Source: an uncultured Collinsella sp. (lineage in GTDB: Bacteria > Actinomycetota > Coriobacteriia > Coriobacteriales > Coriobacteriaceae). Taken from it: 56,935 bases of DNA. Each line of letters starts with the position of its first letter. Position 1 is the first letter of the stretch. The notes under the pieces were generated by a model. It saw only the letters and a list, made by a program, of their open reading frames with translations, was not told where the DNA came from and did not search any database. Of the stretch, positions 19,886 through 29,192 are shown in pieces. The position numbers were made by a program, and so were the translations under genes. The DNA lies in assembly GCA_900757705.1 (NCBI GenBank), contig CAAEOW010000144.1:1-56935 (forward strand), given 5' to 3'.

Positions 19886-20908
19886 CTACACCGTGAGGAA
19901 CATCATCACGATGATCATGGCAAAGCCGATAAGGTCGGTCGGCAAAAACACCGTGCCCAGCATAACGGCGCTGGTGATGGTCGCCGAAACCGGCTCCACA
20001 GTTCCGATGAGGCTCGCACGCACCGAGCCGATGTCCTTAACGCCCTGCATATAGAGCATATAGGCGAAGAACGACCCCACCACAATAAATATCGCGAGTG
20101 CACCGACACCCGAGGGCCCGAGCGCCGGCATATGCGCCCACGGCTGGGTAAAGATACTCATCACGATTCCCGCCGAAAGCATGGCCGAGCCCGTGACGAC
20201 CGGGCTTCCGTATTTGTTGAGGATTCCGGCAGGGATGATTGCTATGCAGGCACCGCCCACGGCGCACAAAAGGCCCGCAAGCAGACCCATCGGCGAGATG
20301 CTGAGCGTACTGGGGTCGCCGCCCGTGGCGATCAAAAACGTTCCGCCCAAAGCGAGCAAAATGCCAAGCGCCTCGCGCGTGCGCGGCAGTCGATGCGCGG
20401 TGACGCAGGCATACCCCATGACGACCACCAGCTGCAGGCACTGGAAGACGGTCGCGGTGCCCGCGTTGGTCAGGCGCACGGCTGACAGATAGCAAAGCTG
20501 GTTGAACAGCAGACCAAAAATCGTAAACAGAATGAGCTGCTTGCGATCGGCGGGGGTAGTCCACAGCTCGATCAAGCGGTCGCGGTCTTTTCTGAGCACA
20601 ACGAACATAAAGAGCAGGCCAGCGATAACTTGGCGCACGCTCATCAGCCAAAACGTCTCGATATGGCACACGTCAAAGAGGTAGCTGGCGCTGGTGCCGG
20701 AAAAACCCCAAAACGTACCGCCGACAAACGCGGCGAGCGTACCCAGGGCCATCTTGCGCGCCTGGGCGTCGTTGAGGCGGTCGCGCCATGCGCGGCGGGT
20801 GCTGCGGCTCAGCTCGTCAGTTCCCTCGGGCACGACAAAATCGGCCGCCGCCGTCATCGGTACCGAAGCCTTTTCGCGTGCGTGCTGCGCCGTGCGCTCC
20901 TGCTCCAT
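19886..20908 (-). CDS. EamA/DMT family transporter
   Basis: Ten TM segments, FWGFSG, NAGTAT, ASLIGTVEPV. Confidence 0.9.
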   Translation of the reverse strand: MEQERTAQHAREKASVPMTAAADFVVPEGTDELSRSTRRAWRDRLNDAQARKMALGTLAAFVGGTFWGFSGTSASYLFDVCHIETFWLMSVRQVIAGLLFMFVVLRKDRDRLIELWTTPADRKQLILFTIFGLLFNQLCYLSAVRLTNAGTATVFQCLQLVVVMGYACVTAHRLPRTREALGILLALGGTFLIATGGDPSTLSISPMGLLAGLLCAVGGACIAIIPAGILNKYGSPVVTGSAMLSAGIVMSIFTQPWAHMPALGPSGVGALAIFIVVGSFFAYMLYMQGVKDIGSVRASLIGTVEPVSATITSAVMLGTVFLPTDLIGFAMIIVMMFLTV

Positions 20909-21033
20909 TCCACTCCCCCGAAATCAATTGGCAACAAAGCGCTCAAACTGTAGCACGAATATTGATATGGAAATGCGGACGATTCAGAACATATACGAGC
21001 GTCCAAACTGTAGGGACGAAAGGCGCGGATAAG

Positions 21034-21741
21034 CTATGCCGAGTGGTTGGAATCGTCTAGGGCGCCGGAGGCGGCTTCCGCACTTCCCTCAGCATGCTCG
21101 CCATCGTCCCGGTCCTTGTCGCTGTCCCGGCCCTCCTGCTCGCGACGGCGCTTTTCGCGAATCTGCTCAACGGCGGCTCGCAAGGCGGCCTCGTCCTCGG
21201 CGCGTGCCACCTCTTGCGTTGTCTTGACCATATGGCGAATCTCGAGCACCAGCAGCACGATCAGCGGCACCACGATAAGCGGAAAGAACAGCAGCGGATT
21301 GGTGAGCAACGAGACCACCACGCCCAGCCCCGCCGAGACAAAGACCACGCGCCCCACCACGTCGGCGGCGGGCACGGGCGCAGCATCCTCGACCGGATTG
21401 GCATCGCCCTTGGTGCGGTAAACCGGCGTGCCGTCGGCCGCATCCTCCACGGCAACGATGCGATGCGTGTTGAGCGAACCCTCCAGCGCGTCATCGGACG
21501 AATGGAAGGTGATGATGTCGCCGACCTGGTAGGCCTGGCTGTTGTCGGTATCGACGACGATAAACGAATGCACGGGAATCGCCGGCTCCATCGAGCCGGT
21601 CAGCGTGCGCATAAAGCCGTAGCCCATGATGGTGGGAATCTCGCCGGCGGGCGTGAACACCGTGCGCAGCAGCACCACAAAAGCGACCAGGATCACCACG
21701 GTCGCCAACACGTTGATCACGCGGAGCACGTGCTTCATCAC
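21034..21741 (-). CDS. sipW: Signal peptidase I, SipW/ER-type (S26B)
   Basis: TGSMEP (Ser), THRIV (His), TKGDAN..D; N- and C-terminal TM. Confidence 0.88.
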   Translation of the reverse strand: MMKHVLRVINVLATVVILVAFVVLLRTVFTPAGEIPTIMGYGFMRTLTGSMEPAIPVHSFIVVDTDNSQAYQVGDIITFHSSDDALEGSLNTHRIVAVEDAADGTPVYRTKGDANPVEDAAPVPAADVVGRVVFVSAGLGVVVSLLTNPLLFFPLIVVPLIVLLVLEIRHMVKTTQEVARAEDEAALRAAVEQIREKRRREQEGRDSDKDRDDGEHAEGSAEAASGALDDSNHSA

Positions 21742-23975
21742 TTGTCGGCGTCCTTTGCGGAAGGCTCGACGTCAGTGGCGTCAGATGCCGAAACGTCGGT
21801 CTCATCTCCCTCAACGGTCGTGGCGACATCGCCCTCGGCGGCCTCTCCGCGCAAGCGAGCCAGCAGATAGCGCGACAGGCTGTTGCCCTCGGCACGGCGC
21901 TCGGCGCGGGCGCGATCGCGCTCGGCCTGTTCCAGCTCGTGCGCCAACGAGGCCAAGCGCTGCTGCATCTCCGCGCGGGCGGCCTCGAGCTCGCGCTCGT
22001 GCGCGGCCTTTGCGGCGGCGAGCTCCTGCTCAATACGCTCCCCCGCCTCGAGCTCAGCTGCAGCGATACGCGCGTCGGCGTCGGCACGAGCCTCCTCGGC
22101 GGCACGCGCGGCGGCATCGCGCTCGGCAGCGGCAGCGGCGACCTTCTCGCTGGCATCCACCGTAGCCTGCTCAACGGCAGAATCGGCGGCAGCACGGGCG
22201 GCGTCGATCGCAGCATCGGCGGCCTGCTGGGCGGCAGCAACCTTCTCCTCGGCCGCGGCAACGGTGTCGGCGAGCTTCTGCTCCGCCTCGGCCGCGGCGA
22301 CGTCGGCAGTCTCCTGCGCGGCACGGGCATCGCGCTCGGCCGCCAGCCGCACTTCCTCAATCTGCAACTTGGCGGCATCCAGCTTGGCATGCACCTCGGC
22401 GAGCTCCTTGGCAGACGCCTCGCGCACGCCGGCAAGCTCGGCTGCGGCGGCGTCCTTGGCGGCCTGCAGCTCGGCAGCGTCGGCAGCCGTCTTGGCAGCC
22501 AAGGCTGCGGCAGACTCACTCTTGACCCGCGCGACTTGCTCGGCAGCAGTCTGCTCGGCAGCCGCGACCCTAGCATCTGCGTCGGCGCGGGCGACTGAGA
22601 CCTCGGCATCGGCCTCGGCGCGCATCCGCTCAAGCTGAGCCGCCGCGGTCTCACGTGCTTCTGCAGCGGCATCCTCGGCAGCCTTTTTACCGGCCTCGAC
22701 ATCCTCCAGCGAGGCGCGCAGTTCCTCGACATCGGCCTCGGCAATCTGTGCGCGCTGCGTCAACGCCAGCTCGCGTGTCTTGGCCTCGTCCAGTTCATCT
22801 ACCAGATCGTCGCGCTCATCGGTCAGCGCGTGCGCCTGCACTTTCCAGGACTTCAGCTGCCCCTGGAGCTCCTCAATCTGCTCGCGGGCCTCGGCCAGCG
22901 CCTGCTCGGCATCGAGCTGGGCCTGCGTGACCTCCTCCACAAACACGCGCCGAACCTCAACATCGGGCAGGTCGGGGCTATCGACCTGTACCTCCTTGAT
23001 CTCTTTAATAAACTTGGGCGCCACCGGCGCGTGTTGCACGCTCTCAAGCTCCTGCAGGTTGCGCTCGTCGTCGGTCAGGCTCTTAAAGACGGTGTAGTTG
23101 TTGATGAGGTTGGTGTACATCTGCACCATGTACTCGTCGTCGAACGCCAGCGCCTGCTGCTGCACGTCGATGTTGTAACCCACCTTGTCGTAGCGCTCCA
23201 TAAACTGCCACAGCTGGTAGCACTTGCGGTAGTTGGGGTCTTTCATGATGAGGTTGGTGCGCTGAATGGGGCTGCGAACCGCACTGCAGCCGTTCATGAT
23301 CTGGCAGAACGACGCGCCGCGCAGCGCCATGACCAGGCGGCGCACGCGGTCGATGCGCATAAAGACGTCCATGTTGTCGGCGTCGTTCTCGGCGAAGCTC
23401 TGACGGTTTTTGACCGTCATCTCCACGCTGTACTCGATCTGCTCGTACGCGTCGTCGATCTTACTGTGCATCTTAAAGCGGTTGCGGATCTCGTTGCCCG
23501 TCGACCAAAAGATCACGTCGGTACGCTTATCCACAAACGTCAGCAAGCGCTGAATCAGATGGTAGATAAAGCGGTTCTCGTACAGGTCGTACGTCTCGAC
23601 GGTATTGACGTTGAGGATGCGCGTAGGGTGAACGCCGCCGTCCTCACTCGGCGCCAAAAACTGCGTGTTCTGGCTCAGATGACGGACGCTGTCGGCGCTG
23701 ATCTTTTTAGCGAGCGAGACCGGCACCACCTCTTCCTCGGTGGTGATAAAGCGCCGCGGCTTTTCGATAATGGTGTTGATGGCGTCGAGCGAGTCCTCGA
23801 TCATGCTGATCCATTCCTCGTCCACCACCTTGACGAGCTCCTCGCGCTGCTGTTCGATCGTGGTGCCCGAGGCCTGCGCCATCTCAAACAGATAGCGGAA
23901 GTAGCGGCTGTCCTCCTGGATGGGCTCCATCTGCTCGGAGAAGCTGGTATAGAGGTCCTGAATGGTCTCGGACAT
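21738..23975 (-). CDS. DUF2357 (McrC N-terminal-like) domain fused to a long Ala/Glu-rich coiled coil
   Basis: YDLYENRFI and TNLIMKDPNYRKCYQLW motifs; about 380-aa heptad-rich C-terminus; directly downstream of an McrB-like gene. Confidence 0.65.
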   Translation of the reverse strand: MSETIQDLYTSFSEQMEPIQEDSRYFRYLFEMAQASGTTIEQQREELVKVVDEEWISMIEDSLDAINTIIEKPRRFITTEEEVVPVSLAKKISADSVRHLSQNTQFLAPSEDGGVHPTRILNVNTVETYDLYENRFIYHLIQRLLTFVDKRTDVIFWSTGNEIRNRFKMHSKIDDAYEQIEYSVEMTVKNRQSFAENDADNMDVFMRIDRVRRLVMALRGASFCQIMNGCSAVRSPIQRTNLIMKDPNYRKCYQLWQFMERYDKVGYNIDVQQQALAFDDEYMVQMYTNLINNYTVFKSLTDDERNLQELESVQHAPVAPKFIKEIKEVQVDSPDLPDVEVRRVFVEEVTQAQLDAEQALAEAREQIEELQGQLKSWKVQAHALTDERDDLVDELDEAKTRELALTQRAQIAEADVEELRASLEDVEAGKKAAEDAAAEARETAAAQLERMRAEADAEVSVARADADARVAAAEQTAAEQVARVKSESAAALAAKTAADAAELQAAKDAAAAELAGVREASAKELAEVHAKLDAAKLQIEEVRLAAERDARAAQETADVAAAEAEQKLADTVAAAEEKVAAAQQAADAAIDAARAAADSAVEQATVDASEKVAAAAAERDAAARAAEEARADADARIAAAELEAGERIEQELAAAKAAHERELEAARAEMQQRLASLAHELEQAERDRARAERRAEGNSLSRYLLARLRGEAAEGDVATTVEGDETDVSASDATDVEPSAKDADK

Positions 23976-24044
23976 GGGTTACTCCATAGATTGGATCGAT
24001 CGGAAAGGGGCGGGGCGACATCACGCCGCCCCGCACTTACGCCA

Positions 24045-25745
24045 TTAGTAGAAGTTCTGGATCCGCTGCAGGTACATGACGGAATCGGGCAGGCCGCCCT
24101 CGCCAAAGGTCTTCTCGATGTACTCGATCAGGCCCTTCATCTCGTCGCGCACAAAGCTCACGTTCATGGACTCAAACTTCTTGAGCACCTTGCGGGCGAT
24201 GATGTAGTCCATGCCGCCCAGCTCAGTGCCGCCGCACGCCACGTACACGGGGATAAAGTCGTACATCTGCTTGATGATACGGTTACCAAAGGCCAGCTTA
24301 AAGCGGGTCTGCAGGTACTGGTCCAGCTTGTGCATCTTCTGGAGCAGCTCCTCGTCGATCACATACTCGACCTTGGCCTTTTGGAACAGATACTGCAGGT
24401 GGTCGGCCGTCACGTGCACGCGCTCGTGCGGCTCGCACTCAAACACGTCGGCGCGCTCGTTGAGCTCGATGGGGATTGCACGGTCGTACACCTTGTCCGT
24501 GATGGTAAAGGTGGAGTCGTCGTTGTTGGCCGTGCCGATAAACCACAGGCTGTCGGGAATGGTGAGCTTGCCGTCGTGCAGACCCCTGGGATCGGCGGCC
24601 CACTGGGTGGGCACCAGGTCGAGCACCCACTCGTCGTGGCTGGGCATCTCGAGCACCGACAGGATCTCGGCAAAGTAGTACTCCACGCGGGCGAGGTTCA
24701 TCTCGTCGAGCACGATCATGGACGGGTCCTGGCGAAGGCCCGCCTCATACACGGCGCGGAGGAACTCGGTCTCGTTAAAGCGCTTGGAAAACTCGTTGAA
24801 GTAGCCCAGCACCTCGGTGCGGTCGCGGAAGCTCGGCTGCACCGAAACGATGGTCGCGGGGTTGTCCAAGTAGCGGCTAAAGCTGTAGGGCAGCGAGGTC
24901 TTACCAGTACCCGAGATGCCCTCCAGGATCAGCAGCTTGGAGGCGGCCATGCCGGCCACAAAGCGGCGGATGACCTCAGGCGTGTAGTAGAGCTTCATCT
25001 GGCTGCAGGCGAACGCGCGGAAGCTGTCGACAAAGTCCTCCAGCGAGATGGCATCGTCGTAGGCCGGCGATTCCCAGTCGCGGTACTTAAGGTCCACAAG
25101 GGACAGCTTGGGGAAGCGGTTGGCCTGGGCGATCTCTTTTTCCTCGGCAAGGGTCTTGGCCTCAACGGTGGCCTTGGCCATGGCGGCCGCGGCATCCTTG
25201 ACGCCCTCGCCATCGAGCGCGAGCGACGCGTTGCCCGACATGACGGCCGTCGCCGCAGCGCCCTCGCCAGCAGCCGCACCGGCGCCCGCGGCGGCGCCCA
25301 CCACGTTGCCCACCGTGGGCAGATGGTCGTCGGCCAGGGCCGAGGCGCCCACGTACGGAATCTGCTTGGTGCCGCCCATGGCATTGACCTTGAGCGCCAG
25401 CAGCTTGTTCTTCTCGTCCATGAGGTCGAGCACCTGCTTGTTCAGGCGGCCGATCTCGCGATAGAGCGCCTTGTTGGACGTGTCGTCGCGATGCAGGCGA
25501 CGGTTGATGCGGTAGTGGTGGATCAGAATGGCCACGATCAGCACGGGGACTGCGATGAGCATGGCAAACAGAATGACCGCGCCGATCTTGCCCACCAGGT
25601 CAAACGTGGTGAAGTAGGTCATAAAGATGTTGAAGTACTCAACCCAGCCAAACACCAGCAGGTTAAGGATGGAGCTCACGACGGCAACGACGTTGTAGAC
25701 GACCTTTGCCAGTAGCTCCCAGGCAAATCCCAGAAACTCACTCAC
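24045..25745 (-). CDS. McrB-like AAA+ NTPase with N-terminal transmembrane helices
   Basis: GISGTGKT Walker A, LDEMNLARVEYYFAE Walker B, GTANNDD (McrB NxxD), KVYDRA; hydrophobic first ~75 aa. Confidence 0.8.
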   Translation of the reverse strand: MSEFLGFAWELLAKVVYNVVAVVSSILNLLVFGWVEYFNIFMTYFTTFDLVGKIGAVILFAMLIAVPVLIVAILIHHYRINRRLHRDDTSNKALYREIGRLNKQVLDLMDEKNKLLALKVNAMGGTKQIPYVGASALADDHLPTVGNVVGAAAGAGAAAGEGAAATAVMSGNASLALDGEGVKDAAAAMAKATVEAKTLAEEKEIAQANRFPKLSLVDLKYRDWESPAYDDAISLEDFVDSFRAFACSQMKLYYTPEVIRRFVAGMAASKLLILEGISGTGKTSLPYSFSRYLDNPATIVSVQPSFRDRTEVLGYFNEFSKRFNETEFLRAVYEAGLRQDPSMIVLDEMNLARVEYYFAEILSVLEMPSHDEWVLDLVPTQWAADPRGLHDGKLTIPDSLWFIGTANNDDSTFTITDKVYDRAIPIELNERADVFECEPHERVHVTADHLQYLFQKAKVEYVIDEELLQKMHKLDQYLQTRFKLAFGNRIIKQMYDFIPVYVACGGTELGGMDYIIARKVLKKFESMNVSFVRDEMKGLIEYIEKTFGEGGLPDSVMYLQRIQNFY

Positions 25746-26484
25746 CGTCGGTACCCTCCTGCTTGGTCGCGCTCATCGCCGCCTCGGCCTCGGCCTTCAG
25801 ACGACGGGCTTCCTCGAGCTTGGCCTCGGCCTGGGCAAGCTGCTCGGCGGCGTTATCGGCCGTGACGGTAGTGTCACCCTTGCCCTCGGCGTCCACGATG
25901 GCAGCCGCGGCGGCCAGGCGGTCCTCCTCGGCCATAGCGCGCTTAAGGTTCATGCCCACCACGATGAGGTGATACACCTGGTAGATAAAGAACAGCAGCA
26001 TGGGCAGCACGATCACAATGAGGAAGCCCATGGAGCTGGACAGGAAGTCCATGACCTTGCCCATCTGCGGCAACGCGAACAGGTATTTGCCCACGATGTC
26101 GCCGTCGCTGATGATGTGCGTATCGGCCACGTCGTTGTTATCGCCCTTGGTGGTAAAGCTGCGCATGCCGTTGACCTCGTCGATGGCGGCGATGCGGTGC
26201 GTGTTGAGCGCGTACTCGTTGTCGATGATGGTATGGAACGTCACGATGTCGCCCACCTCAAGCTTGGAGGTGTCGCACTTTTTGATGAAGATGAGGTCGC
26301 CCTTGTTAAACGTGGGCGCCATGGAGTCGGACTGCACGGCGAGCGGGGTGAAGCCGGCGATGTCAGAGACGCTGCCGTCCTCGCGCGTGGCGAGCGTGGT
26401 AAACGCATACAGGGCCGCCACCAGGATGATGATCCACATGACGACGCTCAGCGCGATGGATGCGACTTTTTTAACAGATTGCAT
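25738..26484 (-). CDS. sipW: Signal peptidase I, SipW/ER-type (S26B)
   Basis: QSDSMAP, NTHRI, TKGDNN..D; flanking TM helices. Confidence 0.88.
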   Translation of the reverse strand: MQSVKKVASIALSVVMWIIILVAALYAFTTLATREDGSVSDIAGFTPLAVQSDSMAPTFNKGDLIFIKKCDTSKLEVGDIVTFHTIIDNEYALNTHRIAAIDEVNGMRSFTTKGDNNDVADTHIISDGDIVGKYLFALPQMGKVMDFLSSSMGFLIVIVLPMLLFFIYQVYHLIVVGMNLKRAMAEEDRLAAAAAIVDAEGKGDTTVTADNAAEQLAQAEAKLEEARRLKAEAEAAMSATKQEGTDGE

Positions 26485-26544
26485 GATGTCCCTTACTACC
26501 GTGTCTGTCTAGGTCGTGCGCGGCCCGGTGGCCGCCGTGCATAT

Positions 26545-27342
26545 CTACTGTTCTTCGATGCCCTCAAAGCGCATCGAAACCGAATAGTTAGCTCCCTTTA
26601 GCATATTAGTGCAATTTGGGTCCGTTCCCTCGAGCCATATGCGAACGGTTACCGGCTTGTCCGTATCTTTTATTAGGTCGAACATGTCGCTGGCCGCGTT
26701 CGCCGTATCCGAGTCGAGCCCAAAGACGGTGGCCGAACCAGACGAGCCCCCGCCTCCGTTGGGGTTGTAGACCCAGGTGTGACCGTCGGCGGTAAAGCTC
26801 ATGCGCATGGCGCTGGCCATACTCTGCGTGTCGGAGCTAAACCGCGTGCCGGACGCGCCGCCGTCGCCGTCCTGCCCGGTCAGGCGAACGCGCAGGTCCG
26901 TGCCGCTCATAAAGTGCAGCGTGAACTCCAGGTAGGCACCGGTGGCGGGATCGGCGGTGGAACCGTCTTCGAAGGTAAAGGTCTGGTAGTCGCTCGTGGT
27001 GACGGGCTTGAGCTTGGACGCGTCGATGTCCACGCCCTTTTCGCTGGCAATGCGCGCCGAGATCTGGTCGAAGCCCAGGCTGTGGACGTATTCGTCGAAC
27101 GTGGCATGCTCGTCCAGGTCAAAGCGCAGCGAACCGTCGGCGTTGGCGTCGATCATGAGCATGCGGGTCTTGGCGCTATCGGCGATGGAGAACCAGGCGA
27201 ACGTTGCCATGGCTATCGCCACCAGCGCAAACAGCACCAGCACCACGGTGGTAGTGAGCTTGCGGCGCAGGTCGATATCGGTGGGCGCGGCAACCGGAGC
27301 GCCGGTGGTCGGGCGGCGGTTGTCGGGCGTGGCGTGTGCCAT
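26545..27342 (-). CDS. Secreted protein with SipW-type signal peptide (TasA/camelysin-like fibre subunit candidate)
   Basis: LRRK-hydrophobic-ATFAWFS; C-terminal VRIWLEGTDPNC. Confidence 0.7.
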   Translation of the reverse strand: MAHATPDNRRPTTGAPVAAPTDIDLRRKLTTTVVLVLFALVAIAMATFAWFSIADSAKTRMLMIDANADGSLRFDLDEHATFDEYVHSLGFDQISARIASEKGVDIDASKLKPVTTSDYQTFTFEDGSTADPATGAYLEFTLHFMSGTDLRVRLTGQDGDGGASGTRFSSDTQSMASAMRMSFTADGHTWVYNPNGGGGSSGSATVFGLDSDTANAASDMFDLIKDTDKPVTVRIWLEGTDPNCTNMLKGANYSVSMRFEGIEEQ

Positions 27343-27344
27343 TG

Positions 27345-28331
27345 CTACTCACCGTCCAAGGTCGCAAAGAGCGCCAGGTGCAAGGTGCCCGGATCCTGAT
27401 AGAGATAGTCGGCGCTATCGGGGTCGGTGCCCTCGATGTAGTAATAGATATCCAAACGATAGGTCTGGCCAAGCCCAAGCGTGGCGAGCGTGTTCTGCGG
27501 GCGCGTGGCCGTCTCGCTCGTGTCCAGCGTATAGGCGGCCGGGTCCTGCGTCACGTTGGCACCGCAAGCGAGCTGGCCGTTTTGCCAACCCAGGAGCATG
27601 CTCTCGGTGTAGCCCGCCAGGCCCGTAGGCGCGGTCGCGGGGTGCTCGTCGCGATGGCCGCTATCGGAACTGTCGAGCTCAAAGATGTTGGTTGCAAGCA
27701 CCTGGTTGCCGCTCGAGACTTTAATGCCCACGCGGGCTGCGCGCAGCAGCTCGGCGTCGGTGCCCTGCGGGACCAGCGATTCGGCCAGATACAGGTTGAC
27801 CTTGCCCCTTACTTTGCTGGCGCCCGTTCCGGTAATGGTAGGGCGCAGATCGATCCAACCGTGGTAGAAGGCGGAGCCGTTGTCTTTTGCCTGCTCAAAC
27901 ACTGTGGCATCGCCGGCAGAGTTGTTTTGCGCACAGGCAGCAAAGCCGTTGAGGTCAAAGGTCGAGACCGGGTAGAGCGTCACGGCGCCGGTCGCGTTGG
28001 AAGTTAGGGAAACGTCACCCTGCTGCGACCAGCTGCCGCGGTCGGCGTCACCCAGCTCCAGCACCAGCTTGGACGTGTCGCTGTGCACGCTCACCGAGTT
28101 GGTGTTGACCTTCATGTTGTTGGTAAACCAGGCGTAGGTCGCGGCGCCCAAAGTGGCGGCGAGCGCCACCATAACGAGCGCGATGTAGGCACGCGCGCGG
28201 CAAGCGTGGCGGCGGGCAGCGGTGCCCTCGAGGACCTGGCGCTCGGCGGCCACGCTGGAGGGGGCCGTGGGGCTCTCACTCTGGGTTTTGGCCTCGCAGC
28301 CATCTGCTGGCATGTGCTTCTGATCTTCCAT
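27345..28331 (-). CDS. Secreted protein with SipW-type signal peptide
   Basis: Start MEDQKH; ATYAWFT; LYPVST; YYYIEGTDPD. Confidence 0.7.
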   Translation of the reverse strand: MEDQKHMPADGCEAKTQSESPTAPSSVAAERQVLEGTAARRHACRARAYIALVMVALAATLGAATYAWFTNNMKVNTNSVSVHSDTSKLVLELGDADRGSWSQQGDVSLTSNATGAVTLYPVSTFDLNGFAACAQNNSAGDATVFEQAKDNGSAFYHGWIDLRPTITGTGASKVRGKVNLYLAESLVPQGTDAELLRAARVGIKVSSGNQVLATNIFELDSSDSGHRDEHPATAPTGLAGYTESMLLGWQNGQLACGANVTQDPAAYTLDTSETATRPQNTLATLGLGQTYRLDIYYYIEGTDPDSADYLYQDPGTLHLALFATLDGE

Positions 28332-28344
28332 GTCGCTCGCCCCC

Positions 28345-29181
28345 TTACGCCTTGGCCGCGGCAAAGGCAAGCTGCAGCACCACATCGCGGGCCTGGGCCT
28401 CGTCGATGCAATTGGCGTCGCAGCCTTCCATGTACACAACGTAGTGAACGCCTGCCACCTCGTTGGCGGCCAGCGTGCAGATGGGCGTGGCGCCCGCGCG
28501 CGCCGTGGGCGTGTCGCCGGTGCCGTCCATGCTGTAGGCGCTTATGGCGCGCGCAGGGTCGGCGGTGTAGGTCCAGCCCGAGGCGCCCGCCGCCACGACC
28601 ACGCCGTCTTGCGCGGTGGTGCGCCTGCTGGTGGCGCCCGCGGTGCTGCCCAGGTCGTCGCAGGTAAAGATGTGCGTCTGCGTACCCGACTGGGTCGTGA
28701 TCACAAGCCCCAGGCGCAGTGCGGCCAGCAGCTGTGGGTCGCTCGTCACACTCATCTGACCCGGATGCAGGTACACGTTGAGGGCGCTGTCGCCGCCCTT
28801 AAGGTACAGCGTGCCCGAAAGGGCATAGTCGTCCAGCTGCGCGGTGCAGTCGGCGTAGTCGGTCGTGATGCCCGCGGCGTTTTGGAACGTGCCGCGCCAA
28901 AAGCGGGAAAGGTCCGACGTCGAGATGGGATAGAGCGTCTTGTCGGCGTCGGCAAGCGTGGCCGTCGTGTCCCAGGGCCCGTTGGCCGAAAGGCCAATCT
29001 GCAGGTCGGAGCCCTCGTCACTTACCGTATGCGCCACGGGCGTCACGTTGGTGTAGCGCGAGTTGCTAAACCAGGCGTAGGTGGCGGCGCTCAAGGCAGC
29101 TACCAGCACCAGCATCCATGCGGCCGCAGCAACCATGCGGCGGCGCGAGCTTAGGATGTCTTTGATGTTCGATGTACTCAT
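28345..29181 (-). CDS. Secreted protein with SipW-type signal peptide
   Basis: Start MSTSNIK; ATYAWFS; LYPIST; ALRLG; VYMEGCDANC. Confidence 0.7.
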   Translation of the reverse strand: MSTSNIKDILSSRRRMVAAAAWMLVLVAALSAATYAWFSNSRYTNVTPVAHTVSDEGSDLQIGLSANGPWDTTATLADADKTLYPISTSDLSRFWRGTFQNAAGITTDYADCTAQLDDYALSGTLYLKGGDSALNVYLHPGQMSVTSDPQLLAALRLGLVITTQSGTQTHIFTCDDLGSTAGATSRRTTAQDGVVVAAGASGWTYTADPARAISAYSMDGTGDTPTARAGATPICTLAANEVAGVHYVVYMEGCDANCIDEAQARDVVLQLAFAAAKA

Positions 29182-29192
29182 CCCCGGCCCCC

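Noticed and set aside
22830..25715. Long antisense ORFs (961 aa here; also 3180-4871, 14601-15935, 16000-17469, 49427-52072)
   Set aside because: Shadow ORFs opposite well-supported genes, typical of high-GC codon bias
21738..25745. Canonical McrBC restriction system
   Set aside because: No visible nuclease motif in the partner, and TM helices replace the DNA-binding domain
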